Under the pieces are notes generated by a model. That model did not search any database. It saw only the letters and a list, made by a program, of their open reading frames with translations, and was not told where the DNA came from. DNA of 64,000 nucleotides from the human T2T-CHM13v2.0 reference genome, Homo sapiens, in NCBI RefSeq assembly GCF_009914755.1, contig NC_060927.1, one strand, 5' to 3'. Shown piece after piece: positions 26,431 through 43,190 of this stretch. A program made the translations under genes and the position numbers. Numbering within the stretch: position 1 is the stretch's first letter; each line of letters begins with the position of its first letter.

Positions 26431-27999
26431 TCCTTCAAGGAGTATCCTCACTTCACAGGGGCTTCTATGTGTTCAGAGACCAAACTTAAAGCCAGACTGT
26501 CTTATGACAGAGTTATAAGTACAGAAACTGATGATGCAGTTAAATCCCTTTAGGGAGGGAAGGGTTTTCCAAAACCTAGTTAGCTCCAGAATTTTCATAT
26601 ATTAGGGGATTGTGGTCAACAGTCTTTAGAGGGTGAAAACTTGATTTGTCTTAAAGTTGCATTTACCTAGGAAGCACATTCTTTTTACTTAGCTTGTTGA
26701 TGAGCTATTGAGGGGTAAGTATAGTAAAAGGACATTATGATGTCATTAGATCTTTTCCAAGCCGCATGTGTGCCAGCATCAGAACTTTTTGAATCGTAAC
26801 ACAAAAGCCACACCTTTCTTTGTCTAAAGGAAGATTGATCTTAGACCCAGGTCTTCCTATCCAAGCCAATGAGGGCACTCTTACCTGGCACCACTGCTTA
26901 GGAACATAAGTGCCTTTGAACCTGTAGGAATTATAGCTAGTGTTCAGAGTAGACAACTGTTGTGGAATGGGAAAAACATTGCAAGCTATCTGCTTATCAG
27001 AAGCACTTGGGTCCCCTCTGTTTTGAAAAATGTTTATGTTTGCTTCTTTCTAACCACTAATTACTCCATAAAATCCTGTTTGGCTATTGTAAACATGTGC
27101 CTCTAGCTAAATGAATCCATAAAACCAAAACAACACCATTAGAACAGCTCTTTGTTAAGCTTTAGGAACGGACTGTCATTATTTGTATTTGGCACAAGGA
27201 ATAAAAATAAAATCATTTGCATAGATATTATTGAAATTAGAATCTTAAAAGGTTTATACCCCAAGGTGCTTTATTCTAAAAAATAGTTTCACTTTTTTTT
27301 GAGAAGTATCTATAGAAGGAACTATTATTTATTATGTTTTAGGGCCTTTTTTCCACTACATAGAGGGGTACAATCTAGATTTTGCATGTTTGCTATTTAC
27401 TCTCAAATAAGTACCTCTATTTTCCTTTCCATATAAAAGACAATGTCAGATTGTCCCTGGAGAACAATAGGCACTGGCAAGTAGCCTGAAGATCTCCTTC
27501 ACGTGCATGTTTCCCAGGTGGAGGACCAACGCAGAAGTGGAGAGTAAATCACCAATAGGGGATTGGTTTTGGCAACATGAGAATTTGCTCAGCTTGATTC
27601 AAGTTGTGTATGTGCCAAGTTCACTCAAACACAACACATAACCTGCCATCTAGATATTAAGCCAGGATATGTGATGTACAGAGAAATATTATATGTCAGC
27701 AGAGAGCTCTGCTACAAAACTTCTTTCCATCACCAAAATAACAATAGAAAAATTCATGCTTTTTCTATTGCACATCAGTGGTCCTGATCTTCAAAATTGT
27801 AATAAATCTTCCTTAATGTTAATTCCCAAGCTAATTATGAACAACCTGAGCACAAAGTCTAACGCTTGGAGTTTTCTGTGAGTAATGCTCCTCCCTCTTC
27901 CTAAAATCCCTTCAACTGAAAGAATGGAAGCAAGGTAAGAAGGGACAAGTGTCTCCCCTCTGTTACCTCACTCAGTATTTTCCATGAGAAGCATCTCAT

Positions 28000-28550
28000 G
28001 TTGGGTGGCGGGCTGGGGGGCGGTCTGAGCTCGCTGGAGCAGCTCTCAGGTCTTGTGGCCAAAGGGATGACGCCAGAGGTCCACAACGCCGGGAACTCCC
28101 AAGATGGAATAGTCCTTGAAGCCATTTTGAAGGGACTTGCTTGGATATATAATTCAGCTGGGTGTAATTGTGACAGGAGATATGATAGCCAAAAGCTTGA
28201 ACTGTCGATCTTAATTCTCAGATCCTCCAACTCAGTGGGAAGGTCCTATCTTTCTTACCTGCCTTTGGAAACACCAAAGTCACCTTTTCTATGCTCTGGC
28301 CCCCTGCCTTCCTAAATAGCTCTTAGTTACGAACTACTGATAACTTCCTGTATGGACACAAATTATTTTTAGCAATTTTACCCAAAACCTTTAGACTGGA
28401 CATTGTTGTGATTTTCTAATATTCACTTAATTCCTCCCCCATAGCAAAGTAGACACACAGTTTGGGAAGAAGAGCCTCACCCTCAAAACTCCCACTCCAG
28501 GTGAGCGGTGCTGACGCTTTCCGGTCTTTCACTTATCATGGGGGGCGGGG
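28000..28550 (+). promoter_or_regulatory. Candidate promoter/enhancer with possible first exon
   Basis: Local CpG retention, GC boxes, TGACG half-sites, kB-consensus site at 28091, GCCATTTT at 28121, TATATAA at 28146 and donor CAG|GTGAGC at 28500/28501. Motif-based only. Confidence 0.35.
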
Positions 28551-28559
28551 TGCCCTGAA

Positions 28560-28760
28560 GGCTAACAGCACAGGTGCTGGTGTTAGATCCTAAGTTCCAA
28601 TGTTAGTTCTGCCTCTTACCTTCTCCAGCCTTCATTTTCTTCATTTCTACAATGGGGATTATAATGGTACCCCTCCTTAAGGGCATGTTGTGGGGGTTAA
28701 ATGAGACTGTCCACGCAAAATGGTTTTAGCAGTGCATATAGTAGGCATTCAGAACATAAC
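28560..28760 (+). mobile_element. MIR SINE
   Basis: TTCTTCATTTCTACAATGGGGATTATAATGGTACC...GTTGTGGGGGTTAAATGAGA. Confidence 0.7.
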
Positions 28761-30819
28761 AGGGATATAGTGGGGCTCAACACAAGGCAGCAAGTGTGAC
28801 CACTGTATTAATGTTTCGGGGGAAAAGTGGTGCCAAAAAAGTGACTTTATGAATTCAGAAACCAAAGGACTCAGAGAGTAACAATATATGAGGCTTCAAA
28901 TGGAAATGGACAAGTTGGGTGGGAAAGAAGAAGTTAGACAGGCAAGTGTCTAGGCAATTGGCTTGTGTGTCCTGTGGCTGCAGAGATGGTGGGACAAGTA
29001 ACAAGCTTCCAGGTCTGTCAAGTTGCTCTTCTCCCAACCCCTAGGGATCTGATGAGGCCACAACAGAGTCTTAGTACTGAGGCAATGGAAACTTAGTAGT
29101 ATCAAATACAACCCTCTCTTTTTCCAGATGGAGAAATGACTTGCTCTAGGTCATGCAATGGTTCATGGTACAAATAGAAATGCAACAAAGATCTCCTGGC
29201 AGCCAGACTGGCATTTTTTTAACCCAGCAACCAGGTATCTAATTAGCTTCTATTATAATGCTCCCATGAAAGCATTCAGTGTATCATGAGCTGCAAGACA
29301 ACTTTACACACAAACAAATCCTAGTTAAAGCTTTAACTACTGAGAAGAAAAATGTGGCACCATGCATTCCTTTGCATCAGTGAGAAGACTAGAAAGCAAT
29401 CATTATTTTGCTAAAATTTGCAAACCATTGAATCAATAGAATGTACTTACATTAGGGTATCAGTCTACACACAAAAGAGTTAACTACAGAACATAAACTG
29501 GGTGCAAGCAGAAAGATGGGATGTTGATTAAGAAAAATGGTCCTAGCTAAACCAGAAGGGCTAAAAAGTGCTTTCACAATCTAAAATTTACCGTTTTGAC
29601 CCTTACAACTGTCACGAGATCTGGGACACAAGGACCCACATTTCAGTTACTTAAATTCTCAGGGCTCCAGATTCTGCTTCTATAAACAGAAGATAATAAC
29701 ATCTGACTCACAGCATTGTTTTCATGAGACATTAGTGAGAAATTGTTGATGATGTCCAGCACAGTACCAGACCCAGGGTGTTTGGCACTGCCTCTCCCAA
29801 TCCAGGTATAGCCAAAGATACTCATTTTCTGGAAAAGCAATAATTATCTGTTATGCAGCAGGTCTTTCCTAATTGGGCTCTTGTTCTGTTTTGTTTTAAT
29901 GATTTTTCCAAATTAAATACAGAGCAAGGAAGCTGGTTTAGATTACAGGGTCACTGCAAAATAACTGAGACAGTAGATATGACCTATTTTCAAGCTGCCA
30001 CAGTATAATTGGGAATATTTTCTTTGTCTTGGGAAGGAGCCAGAGCTGTAAACCTCCTTTCCTCTGCTTTGTGGATCATATCAACCAAGGGAGACACTTT
30101 GACAGCTCTGCAGCCCTGGCCCATGCTTGAGAGTTTCCCTTCCTCTGACCTTCCTAGGGTCTCTTCCCAGAAGGATTGCTTTGCACTCGCCTCAGCATCA
30201 TTGAAATTCCCTCTACTTACAGTTATGGCTGCAAGCAAGGTCATCATAAGTGTACTGATGATGCTATTGATGGAACCTCTAATGCCATCTGTTGGTGGTG
30301 GGTACAGTTGATATGCTTCTAGTCCAGTGTGTGGCTTTATTGAATTCTGAAACTATTTGACATAGATTTTCCCCAAAGATTGTCACAAATTCCCCTTACA
30401 GGAAATACTAATGGAAGTTCTTTAGGCTGAAACGAAGTAATCCCAGATGCTAATTCAAATCCACATGAAAAACAAAATAAAAAACAAGTACACTGGTAAA
30501 AGTAATTACGTTATTATAAAAGATAGTATGAATTTCTTCTCCTTTCTCCTCTTGTAATAACTGATTTACAAAGCACCTGTATAAAACATATGTATATAAT
30601 TGTATTGCTATAGGCTTGTAACACACAGAAGTACAGAATATTTGACAATAAGAACACAAAGATGGTGGGTAAGGGCAAAGCTGTATTGAAGAAAAGGAAT
30701 GACACCAAACAGTAACTTGAATCCACAGAAATAAATGAAAAGAAACAGAAATGGCAGATAGGATGATTAATATTAAAAAAAAAACTCTACAAACATGTAT
30801 GTACTCTCCTGTCTTCTCT

Positions 30820-31081
30820 GTTTTCTTTTTCTTTTCTTTCTTTCTTTATTTTTTATTTTATTTTATTTTTTGAGACAGGAGCTTGCTCTGTTGCCTAGGT
30901 TGGAGTGCAGTGGCATGAACATGGCTCAATACAGCCTTGACCTCCTGGGCTCACGTGATCCTCCCACCTCAGTCTCCCAGGTAGTTGGGACCACAAGCAT
31001 GTGCCACCTTGCATGGCTAATTTTTCTGATGGTTGTTTGTTTGTTTTTGTAGAGATGATAACTTGCTATGTTGCCCAGGCT
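30820..31081 (-). mobile_element. AluJ-type, 5'-truncated
   Basis: T-rich tail, right arm CAGCCTTGACCTCCTGGGCTC. Left arm stops after CTATGTTGCCCAGGCT. Confidence 0.88.
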
Positions 31082-31637
31082 CAGTTTCCTTAATAGACAT
31101 AAAATTATATAAAGCAATAATTACAAAAAATACAGAGTTTGCAACATATATGAACATAATACATATAATAATAATGACTTAAAAGGGGAAAAACAGAATA
31201 GAACTATATCAAAGTAGTGTTTCTGTATCTCACTGGAATTCAGTTGGTATAAATCTAAGTCAATTCTGATTATTTCAAATGTGTGTGGTAAACCCTAGAT
31301 CAACTACTAAGAAAATAACTTAAAAATAAAAAGTGAGAATATCATTAAAGGAATTAAAGTGTTTTATTAGAAAATACTTAATGCAAAAGAAAGCAGTAAA
31401 GGAAGAATAGAGGAACAAAAAAGACATGAGCCCTATAGAAAGTAAAAAGCAAAATGGCAGACATAAATCCAACTAGACAGTAATAATAGTAAATGTGAAT
31501 GCATTAAGCAATTCAGTTGAAAGGCAGAGATAGATAAAAAAAACAAGATCCAACTATATACCTCTATAAGAGACATGCTTTAAATTCAAAGACACAATAC
31601 AGAGAAAGTAAAAGGATAGAAAAAGACATATTATTTA

Positions 31638-32038
<401 letters not shown>

Positions 32039-32851
32039 TTATGAGATAAAAAGGGATATTTTATGATGGCAAAAGGGCCAGTCATACAGAAAGATAAACA
32101 TTTATTCATCTAAAACTGAGCCTCAAAATATAAGAAGTAAAACTAACAGAAGTGAAGGAAGAAATAGACAATTCAGCAATAATAAAGACTTTAATACTCT
32201 ACTTTCAATAATGTATAGAACAACTAGACAGGAGATCAACAAGGAAAAAGAAAACTTGAACAATACTATCAACCAATTAGACCTAACAGAAATCTACAAA
32301 ACATTCCACCAACAATAGCAGAATACACATTCTTCTCAATTACACATGGAACAGTCTCCAGGATAGGCCATATCTAGGCCATAAAACAATTCTCAAAAAA
32401 TGTAAAACGACTGAAGTCATACTAAGTATATTCTGTAACCACAATGAAATAAAATGAGAAATCATTAACGAAAAGAAATTTGGGGAATTCACAAATATGT
32501 GAAAATTAGACAACACATATCTAAATAACCAATAGATCAAAGAAATCACAAGGGAAATTAGAAAATTCTTTGTGATGAATAACAATGAAAACACAACACA
32601 TCAAAACTCACAGGATGCAGGTAATAAAATAGTGCTTGGAGGGAAATTTATAGCTGTAAATGCCTACATTAAAAGAGAAGAAAGTCTTGATCTTGATAAC
32701 ATAACCTTCAACCTTAAGATACTAGAAAAAGAAGAGTAAGCTAATTCCAAGTGAATAGAACAAAGGAAATATTAATAGCAAAGATTTGAGCAGAAATTAA
32801 TGAAACAGAGAAGAGAGAAACAATAGAGAAAAATCAATGGAAACAAAGTGA

Positions 32852-33293
32852 AGCCACCAATAATTCCTCTCCTCCGTGTACACACATGCAGCTTCTTCCA
32901 CCAAGAGGTGGAGGTCTATCTCTTTTCTCTTTGAATCTGGATTGTTGTGATTTTCACTGACCAATCAAATATGGCAGAAATGCTACCTAAAGAGTTCATC
33001 ATGCTACCCAAGTACAGGCTAGCCTGGTGGAAGAGGGGGCTCAGGGAGAGGCCCTGGAAGATGAGAGAACAGGAGGTGAAAAACAAAGCCTTCCTAATCA
33101 GCAAGCACTGAGACCTCAGATATGTGAGGGAAGGGCTTGAGGATCACAGCCGAGCCTAGCCACCAGCTGACTGTAACTTCATGAGGTATCCCAGCCAACA
33201 CCATGTTGGGGAAAAGACCCCCTAGTCAACTGAGAGAATTGTAAGAAAATACATGGTTGTGTTAAGCCACTAAGTCATAAGTAACCGAAAGCA
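32852..33293 (+). mobile_element. MLT1G-type MaLR LTR
   Basis: CCACCAAGAGGTGGAGGTCTAT...TTGAATCTGGG...GGAGAGGCCCTGGAAGATGAGA...TTAAGCCACTAAGT. Confidence 0.75.
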
Positions 33294-33542
33294 ATTTTTA
33301 GGTTGAACGCTCATAAGGAGAGGAACTTCTAATATAGTAATGTTGGCCAAATCTCAGTCTCATTCCTCTATAATGTTAAAAAACAAAAGGTCTCAATCTT
33401 CTAGTCTAGAGATCTTCAAACTATAATAGATGAAACTAGATAAAAGTTAAGTTTCTCTTGGTGGGATGGCCAGGGGAGGGCACTCAGAAATTCACCTGTT
33501 TGGCCTCTGTAAATCATTCTTTCTCTTTTTTTAAGTTAGCTT

Positions 33543-34122
33543 GTTTTGTTTGTTTGTTTGTTTGTTTGTTTTTTACTTTAAGTTCTGGGATACATGTGCA
33601 GAACGTGCAGGTTTGTTACAAGGTATACATTATACACGTGCCATGGTGGTTTGCTGCACCCATCAACATGTCATCTACATTAAGTATTTCTCTTAATGCT
33701 ATCCCTCCCCTATCCCCCCACCCCTCGACAGGCCCTGGTGTGTGATGTTCCCCTCCCTATGTCCATGTGTTCTCATTGTTCATCTCCCATTTATGAGTGA
33801 GAACACACAGTGTTTAGTTTTCTGTTCCTGTGGTAGTTTGCTGAGAATGATGGTTTTCAGCTTCATCCATGTCCCTACAAAGGACATGAACTCATCCTTT
33901 TTTGTGGCTGCATAGTATTCCATGGTGTATATGTGCCACATTTTCTTTATCCAGTCTATCATTGATGGGCATTTGAGTTGGTTCCAAATCTTTGCTATTG
34001 TGAACAGTGCTGCAATAAACATGCGTGTGCATGTGTCTTTATAGTAGAATGATTTATAATCCTTTGGGTATATACCCAGTAATGGGATTGCTGGGTCAAA
34101 TGGTATTTCTAGTGCAAGATCC
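33543..34122 (-). mobile_element. L1PA7-type 3' fragment
   Basis: TTTAAGTTCTGGGATACATGTGCAGAACGTGCAGG. ORF 33780-34124 translates as the ORF2 C-terminus (EIPFDPAIPLLGIYPKDYKS). Confidence 0.93.
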
Positions 34123-34399
34123 ATGATTTAAATGAAGACCATTATTTTACAGATGAGGCACAGAAGGAGAAAGGAAGCTTCCCAAGAAGTATAAGAAGTT
34201 TCTGACTGACTTGTAATCAAAGTCAGGTTTCCTCAATCTTATTCAGTACTTCATCTTCAACACATGGAATTTTAGAGAGGGGACTTTATTTTTTGTGCCT
34301 GCTTTTTGGATCACTTCTCACTGTAACAGGTCAGCTAAGGCAAAACAGTTAAGACATGATTTTGGAAGCACATTCCCTTACTACCTGTGTGACTGAAAC

Positions 34400-35565
34400 C
34401 TCTGCCAGCAACAGAGATAACCACTAAGTCCCCAAGATGGCAGCATTTTTCCCTCGGTGATCAACCAGCTACTTGGTGGCAGGGTGATTGCAGTGGACCC
34501 CTTCCACCATAGAAAGAGCAGCATTTTGTCCTTACTGGGATAGACACTTATTCTGGATACACATTTGCCTTCCCTAAATGTAATGCTTCTGCCAGAACTA
34601 CCATCTGTAGACTAGCGGAATACTTATCCACCCTCATGGCATTCTACAATTGCTTCTGATCAAGCAACTCACTTCACAGCAAATGAAGTGGGGCTCATGG
34701 GATTCACTAATCTTACCATATTCCTCACCATCCTGAAGCAGCTGGCTTGATAGAATGACGGAATAGCCTTTCGAAGACTCAGTTACAGTGCCAGCTACAG
34801 TGAAGGTCTGGGACAAAGTGCTCCAGGAGGCAGTAAATGCTCTGAATCAGTATCCAGTATATGGTGTTACTTCTCCCATAGCTAGCATTCATGGGTCCAG
34901 GAATCAAGGGGTGGTCTACTGGCATAGACCCCTAGTGATCCACTACCAAAAGTTTCATTTTCTGTCCCTGAGACCTTATTCTCTGCCAATCTAGAGGCCT
35001 TATCCTAAAAGGAGGAATACTTCCACCAGGAGAAACAAAAATTAATCCACTGACCTGGAATTTAAGACCGCTGCTCTGACACTTTGGGCTCCTCATGCCT
35101 CTGAATCAACGAGCAAAGAAGAGAGTGGCTCTGATGGCTGGGGTGATTGATCCTGATCACCAGGGAGAAATTGGACTGCTACTCCACTTTGAAGGTAAGA
35201 AAGGGTATGGCTGGAGTACAGGAGCTCTCTTAGGGTGTCTCCTAACACTACCATCCCCTGTGATTAAAGACAATGGAAAACTATACCAACCCAATTCAGG
35301 CAGGACTACTAACGTCCCATATCCTTCAGTAATGGAATTGTAAATTTATTCTAATCTTTAATAATAGAATCATGACAAGCTGAGGTGTTTGCTGAGGGCA
35401 AGCAAAGGGAATATGGAAAGCGTAATGAAAGAAGGTAAAGACCAGCTATGACTATCTGACTTACTGCAGAAAAGAGGCCTGTAATTGTTATAAGCATTTC
35501 CTCATTTTATTATGAATGTGTGTGTGTGTGTGTGTACCTAGCTGTGTATGTATATATATATTGTG

Positions 35566-35623
<58 letters not shown>

Positions 35624-36037
35624 AATATGTGCAGGCTAGCTTGGTGGAAGAGAGCCCTCTTGGAGAGGCCCTAGAGAATGAGAGGATGTACATACACTCA
35701 CATATATACATAATATATACACATATTCAAATATCTTTGTTTTCTTCCTTTTATCTCCTTGTCATACAACATAAGCTGTATTGACTTTGTATTACAGTAT
35801 TTAAGTATTGTTAACTTTATACCATAGTATTTAAGTTACATCATATCAAGGAAAAGTGAATACTACCCAGGGACATTGCATCCTTTTCCCCAATGGGAAA
35901 GGGTTAGTGGATTTTCAGTTGTATACAGGATATTTGTATCATGTTAAGCAGAAGTACGACCTTGTTATTGTCTTTATTTGGGGAGTAAGTCTGGTTTGAG
36001 AAGATGTGTGTGGGTACAAAGTCAGCAAAGGGTGAAC
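34400..36037 (+). mobile_element. ERVL internal region: decayed integrase, dUTPase and 3' untranslated region
   Basis: Translations GDQPATWWQGDCSGPLP*...VLTGIDTYSGYTFAFP, IASDQATHFTA and HHPEAAGLIE* cover the DDE core. GVIDPDHQGEIG is dUTPase motif 3 (ORF 35095-35343). PPT-like CAAAGGGTGAAC precedes the LTR. Confidence 0.92.
35517..35620. repeat. (TG)n/(TA)n compound microsatellite
   Basis: Read directly. Confidence 0.95.
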
Positions 36038-36376
36038 TGTGACGGTTAATTTTATGCATCCAGTTGGCTAGGTCAAAGTATCCAATTTTTGGTCAAACAT
36101 CAGTCTAGGTTTTGTTGTGAAGGTTATTTTTTAGATGCGATTAACATAGAAATCAATAGACTTTGGGAAAAACAGATTACTCTCCATAATGGAGGTGGCC
36201 CTCATCCAATCAGTTGAAGGCTTTAAGAGAAAAAGACTGAAGTCCCTTGAGGAAAAAGGAATCCTGCCTCCAGACTGTCTTCACACTCAAGCACATCTCT
36301 TCCCTGGGTCTCTAGCCTGCCGGCCTGCCCTGCACATTTCAGGAGCCAATTTAGGAAACTGGCTCCTATACACACA

Positions 36377-36436
<60 letters not shown>

Positions 36437-36473
36437 ATTGATTCTGTTTCCTTGGAGAACCCAGACTAATACA
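36038..36473 (+). mobile_element. MLT2-type 3' LTR of the ERVL element
   Basis: TGTGACGGTTAATTTTATG...CCCTCATCCAATCAGTTGAAGG...(CA)n...CTGTTTCCTTGGAGAACCCAGACTAATACA. Confidence 0.92.
36368..36432. repeat. (CA)~32 microsatellite in the MLT2 LTR
   Basis: Read directly. Confidence 0.95.
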
Positions 36474-36474
36474 G

Positions 36475-36610
36475 TACATAACCTTTCTATGCCTCATGTG
36501 TATTTTCTGTGAAATGAAGAAAATAATGGCACTTACAGGGCTTTATGGGAATTAAATAAGTTAATTCATACAAAGTGCTTAGGAAGGATAGAAATATTAC
36601 ATAAGCATGG
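36475..36610 (+). mobile_element. MIR 3' half (5' half at ~34340-34394)
   Basis: TAACCTTTCTATGCCTCA...CTGTGAAATG...ATTAAATAAG...AAAGTGCTTAG. Confidence 0.65.
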
Positions 36611-36926
36611 GCTGTTATATTATTGTAATGTAATTCAGGCCATATTTTAAGTATCTTTATAAGCCATCTCAATTTTCTTTTAGACTACTAAATCAATTTC
36701 TGTTCATGGAACTCTCATATCACATTGTAAGAATCAATCTCCCTCTACAAAAATGTAAGACCTAAGGACAAAAAGTGTGTTTTATTCATCTTTATATTCC
36801 CAGATCATAATGCAGGCTTAGCAAACAGCACATGCTCAACATTTTTTCATTGAACAAATGAATGAATGAAAAAAATTGCTTTACGGAAGATACAGAAGTC
36901 CACCTGCTCTTAGGTCATGTCACTTT

Positions 36927-40496
<3,570 letters not shown>

Positions 40497-41599
40497 AGCT
40501 CATGTCACATTGATCTGATCAATTGTCAGTCGGTGTCACTGATGACATTACCAAAGTTTACTTTGGAAAGGAAAGAGATTGAAAGGATATTATTTTAGTA
40601 ATGAATTACTTACCAAAGGATCCATAACTGCCTTATTTTTTAGCTAACATTTATTAACTAAAATTTCCAAAAAGATCTTAATCATAACATAAAAGAATCC
40701 TTCAGATTCCCAAAGCCAGTTTCTACAATATAAGCTGTCTTGAGGCTGAAGATGCTTAAGAACTATGAGGGCATGCTTTGAAGAAACGTTAACAGCCCTA
40801 AAGATTTCATTGATTTATCAAAACCAAGTAGCTGGAAAGAAGCCAGAGTCCAGTCCTTCATTAACTTGATTGCTGTGGGATCCGTTTGGTGAGCACTTGA
40901 CTTACTACAACTGGGTTACCTATTCTTAGCAGCTTGTTCTGTCTTCCAATTTTAGCTTATTTGCTGAATTGGTGCAAACCAGAAGACAAGCAATGTATCT
41001 GGAACAATCAGCACATTCTTTCATGGGCTAATGAGAGTCAATTACTGGGATTTCAACAGAAACCATCTTTTAATTATCATTATAATTAATAATAATAATG
41101 CTAAGTAATTTTCTAACCAGCCAGGGCAAAATCACTCAATACTTGAAATTGACACATATGCCCAGTCAGGATTATAGGCTCAACTTTTTAGCTACTTGGG
41201 TATCTAGCAGTTCTCCTGTCACTCTGAGGATATGAGCTTGAGGATTTTGGGAATTTGGTTCATAATGAGCGATAGAATTCCAGAGTCCCAGAAGGTCAGA
41301 GCCAATGAAATCATCTATATTCAATCTCTTAGAAGAGCTTAATGTGTGTAGACATGGAAATATGTTCCAAGACATATTGTCAAGTTGAAAACTGTAAATT
41401 GCAGGATAATACACCTATCAATTGCCTGTCAACATAACCACAAAAATAAAACTAAGTAGAAAATACGTTTTTTGGAAGTATATATATTATATATTCTAGA
41501 AAATAGAGTAGAGGATATGTATTGTGGAGAAATCCAGAAGACTGTACATTAATATATTAACAACGATTATTTCTGAGAGAATGAAGTAATATATAAATT

Positions 41600-42092
41600 A
41601 CAAAACTAGCCTCAGTTATTCCCTTTCCCATATCTCTGCTGCTTGCAATGTGATTTTGCAACTCCTCCTACAGAGATGTGGAGTCCATTTCCTCTCTCCT
41701 TGAACATGGGCTGGCATTGTGACTTGCTTTGGCCAATAGAAGCAGCAGGAGTAAAGGCATGTCGGTCACAAACCTAGGCTTCAAAAGTCTTTCACTTGCT
41801 CTTTTAAGGCCCTATTCAACCTCAATGAGAACAAGCCTCAAGCTAGTCTGCTGGATGATAAGAGAAATACAGTCTGGACACCCCATTCTCCCCCTGCCCC
41901 GGCAGTCAGCACTCAGCTAATATACCAGCTGATCACAGGCACATAAGCAACCTCAGTTAGATCTGCTAAGCCTGGATCAGAATAACAGAACCACCTAACT
42001 AACATCTAGAGTCATGGGCAATAATAAACACTTATTATTTCAAGCCACTGGATTTGGGTGAGATTTGTTACACAGTGATAAATAACTGATAA
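41600..42092 (+). mobile_element. MLT1H/I-type MaLR LTR
   Basis: CTTGAACATGGGCTGGCATTGTGACTTGCTTTGGCCAATAGAA...TTTCAAGCCACTG...TTTGTTACACAG...ATAACTGATA. Confidence 0.8.
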
Positions 42093-42254
42093 GTGCAGAT
42101 AAAACCTAATAATCCTTCACTATAATGTTATCATTTTACAATGAGCATATATTGATTTTTTAATTAGAAAGCAAAATAATAATTTTTTAAAATGTCTAAC
42201 CCTTGAAAGAAAAGAAACCTGAATCACACAAGGGGAATAATGCCCAATTGGTTA

Positions 42255-43190
42255 AAACCCTGGCTGCAAATCACAAAAACCTAACTCAAAGTTTAAGCAA
42301 ATCAACTAACTTACTGACTCACAGGACTCTGAGGCCCAGTGAGGTATTTCTAGTTTTAGTAGTGGCTGAGTCTTGGTAATCAAGTCATATTTGTCTAGAA
42401 TATGTCTTTCTCTTCTTTTGTATCTCTTCTTCTAGTTTGGCTTTATTCTTAGGCAGATGCTCCCAAGAGTGTTGAGATGGCCATTGCTATAATTTGGATG
42501 TTTTGTCTGCTCCAAATCTCACATTGAAATGTGATCTCCAAAGTTGGAGGTGAGGCCTGGGGAGGTGTTTTGGTCATGGGGGCTGATACCTTATGAATGT
42601 CTGGGTGTCATCCTCATGGCAATGAGTGTGTTCTCACTCCATGAGTTCATGCAAGATCTGATTGTCTAAAAAAAAACCTCGAACTTCCTCCTCCTCCTCC
42701 CTCTCCTCCTCTTCCTCCTCCTTCTTCCTCCCTCTAGCCCCCAATCATGTGACACACCTGCTCCCCCTTCATCTTCTGCCATGACTATAAGCTTCCTAAG
42801 GCCTCACCAGAGGCTGAGCAGATGCTGGTGCCATGCCTTGTACCCTGCAGAACTGTGAGCCAAATCAACTTCTTTTCTTTACAAATTAGCCAGCCTCAGG
42901 TATTTCTTTATATCTACAGGTTTAAGATCCAATGTAAATGATAATTCCTCCTAAAAGTTCTAGTAATATCTCAGGAGTCACTCTAAGTGGCCCAGTTTGG
43001 ATTTCGTACTCATCTCTCAGTCATTATTGCTCTGGTTGACCAGGTCCATTTGTACGCCAGTCCCTCAGAGATGGGCAATGAATAGCAAAAGGGCAGTTAT
43101 TCAAATGAGTATTGGGCTACTATTATCCTAATAAAGGAGAAGTGGGAGTTGGGTGTAGAAAAAAATAAAACAAAACAGGGGTTCACAATA
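42255..43190 (-). mobile_element. MLT1K-like LTR interrupted by MSTB
   Basis: GGCTGCAAATCACAAAAACCTAACTCAAA...GGCTTTATTCTTAGGCAG upstream of the MSTB and GTGGCCCAGTTTGGAT... downstream. Confidence 0.55.
42485..42912 (+). mobile_element. MSTB-type MaLR LTR, 3' terminus missing
   Basis: TGCTATAATTTGGATGTT...CCAAATCTCACATTGAAATGTGATC...GCAGATGCTGGTGCCATGC...CCAGCCTCAGGTATTTCTTTATA. Internal (CCT/CTT)n expansion. Confidence 0.88.

Noticed and set aside
34788-35343. Integrase and dUTPase ORFs as a domesticated gene
   Set aside because: Multiple stops and frameshifts. This is the standard ERVL arrangement.
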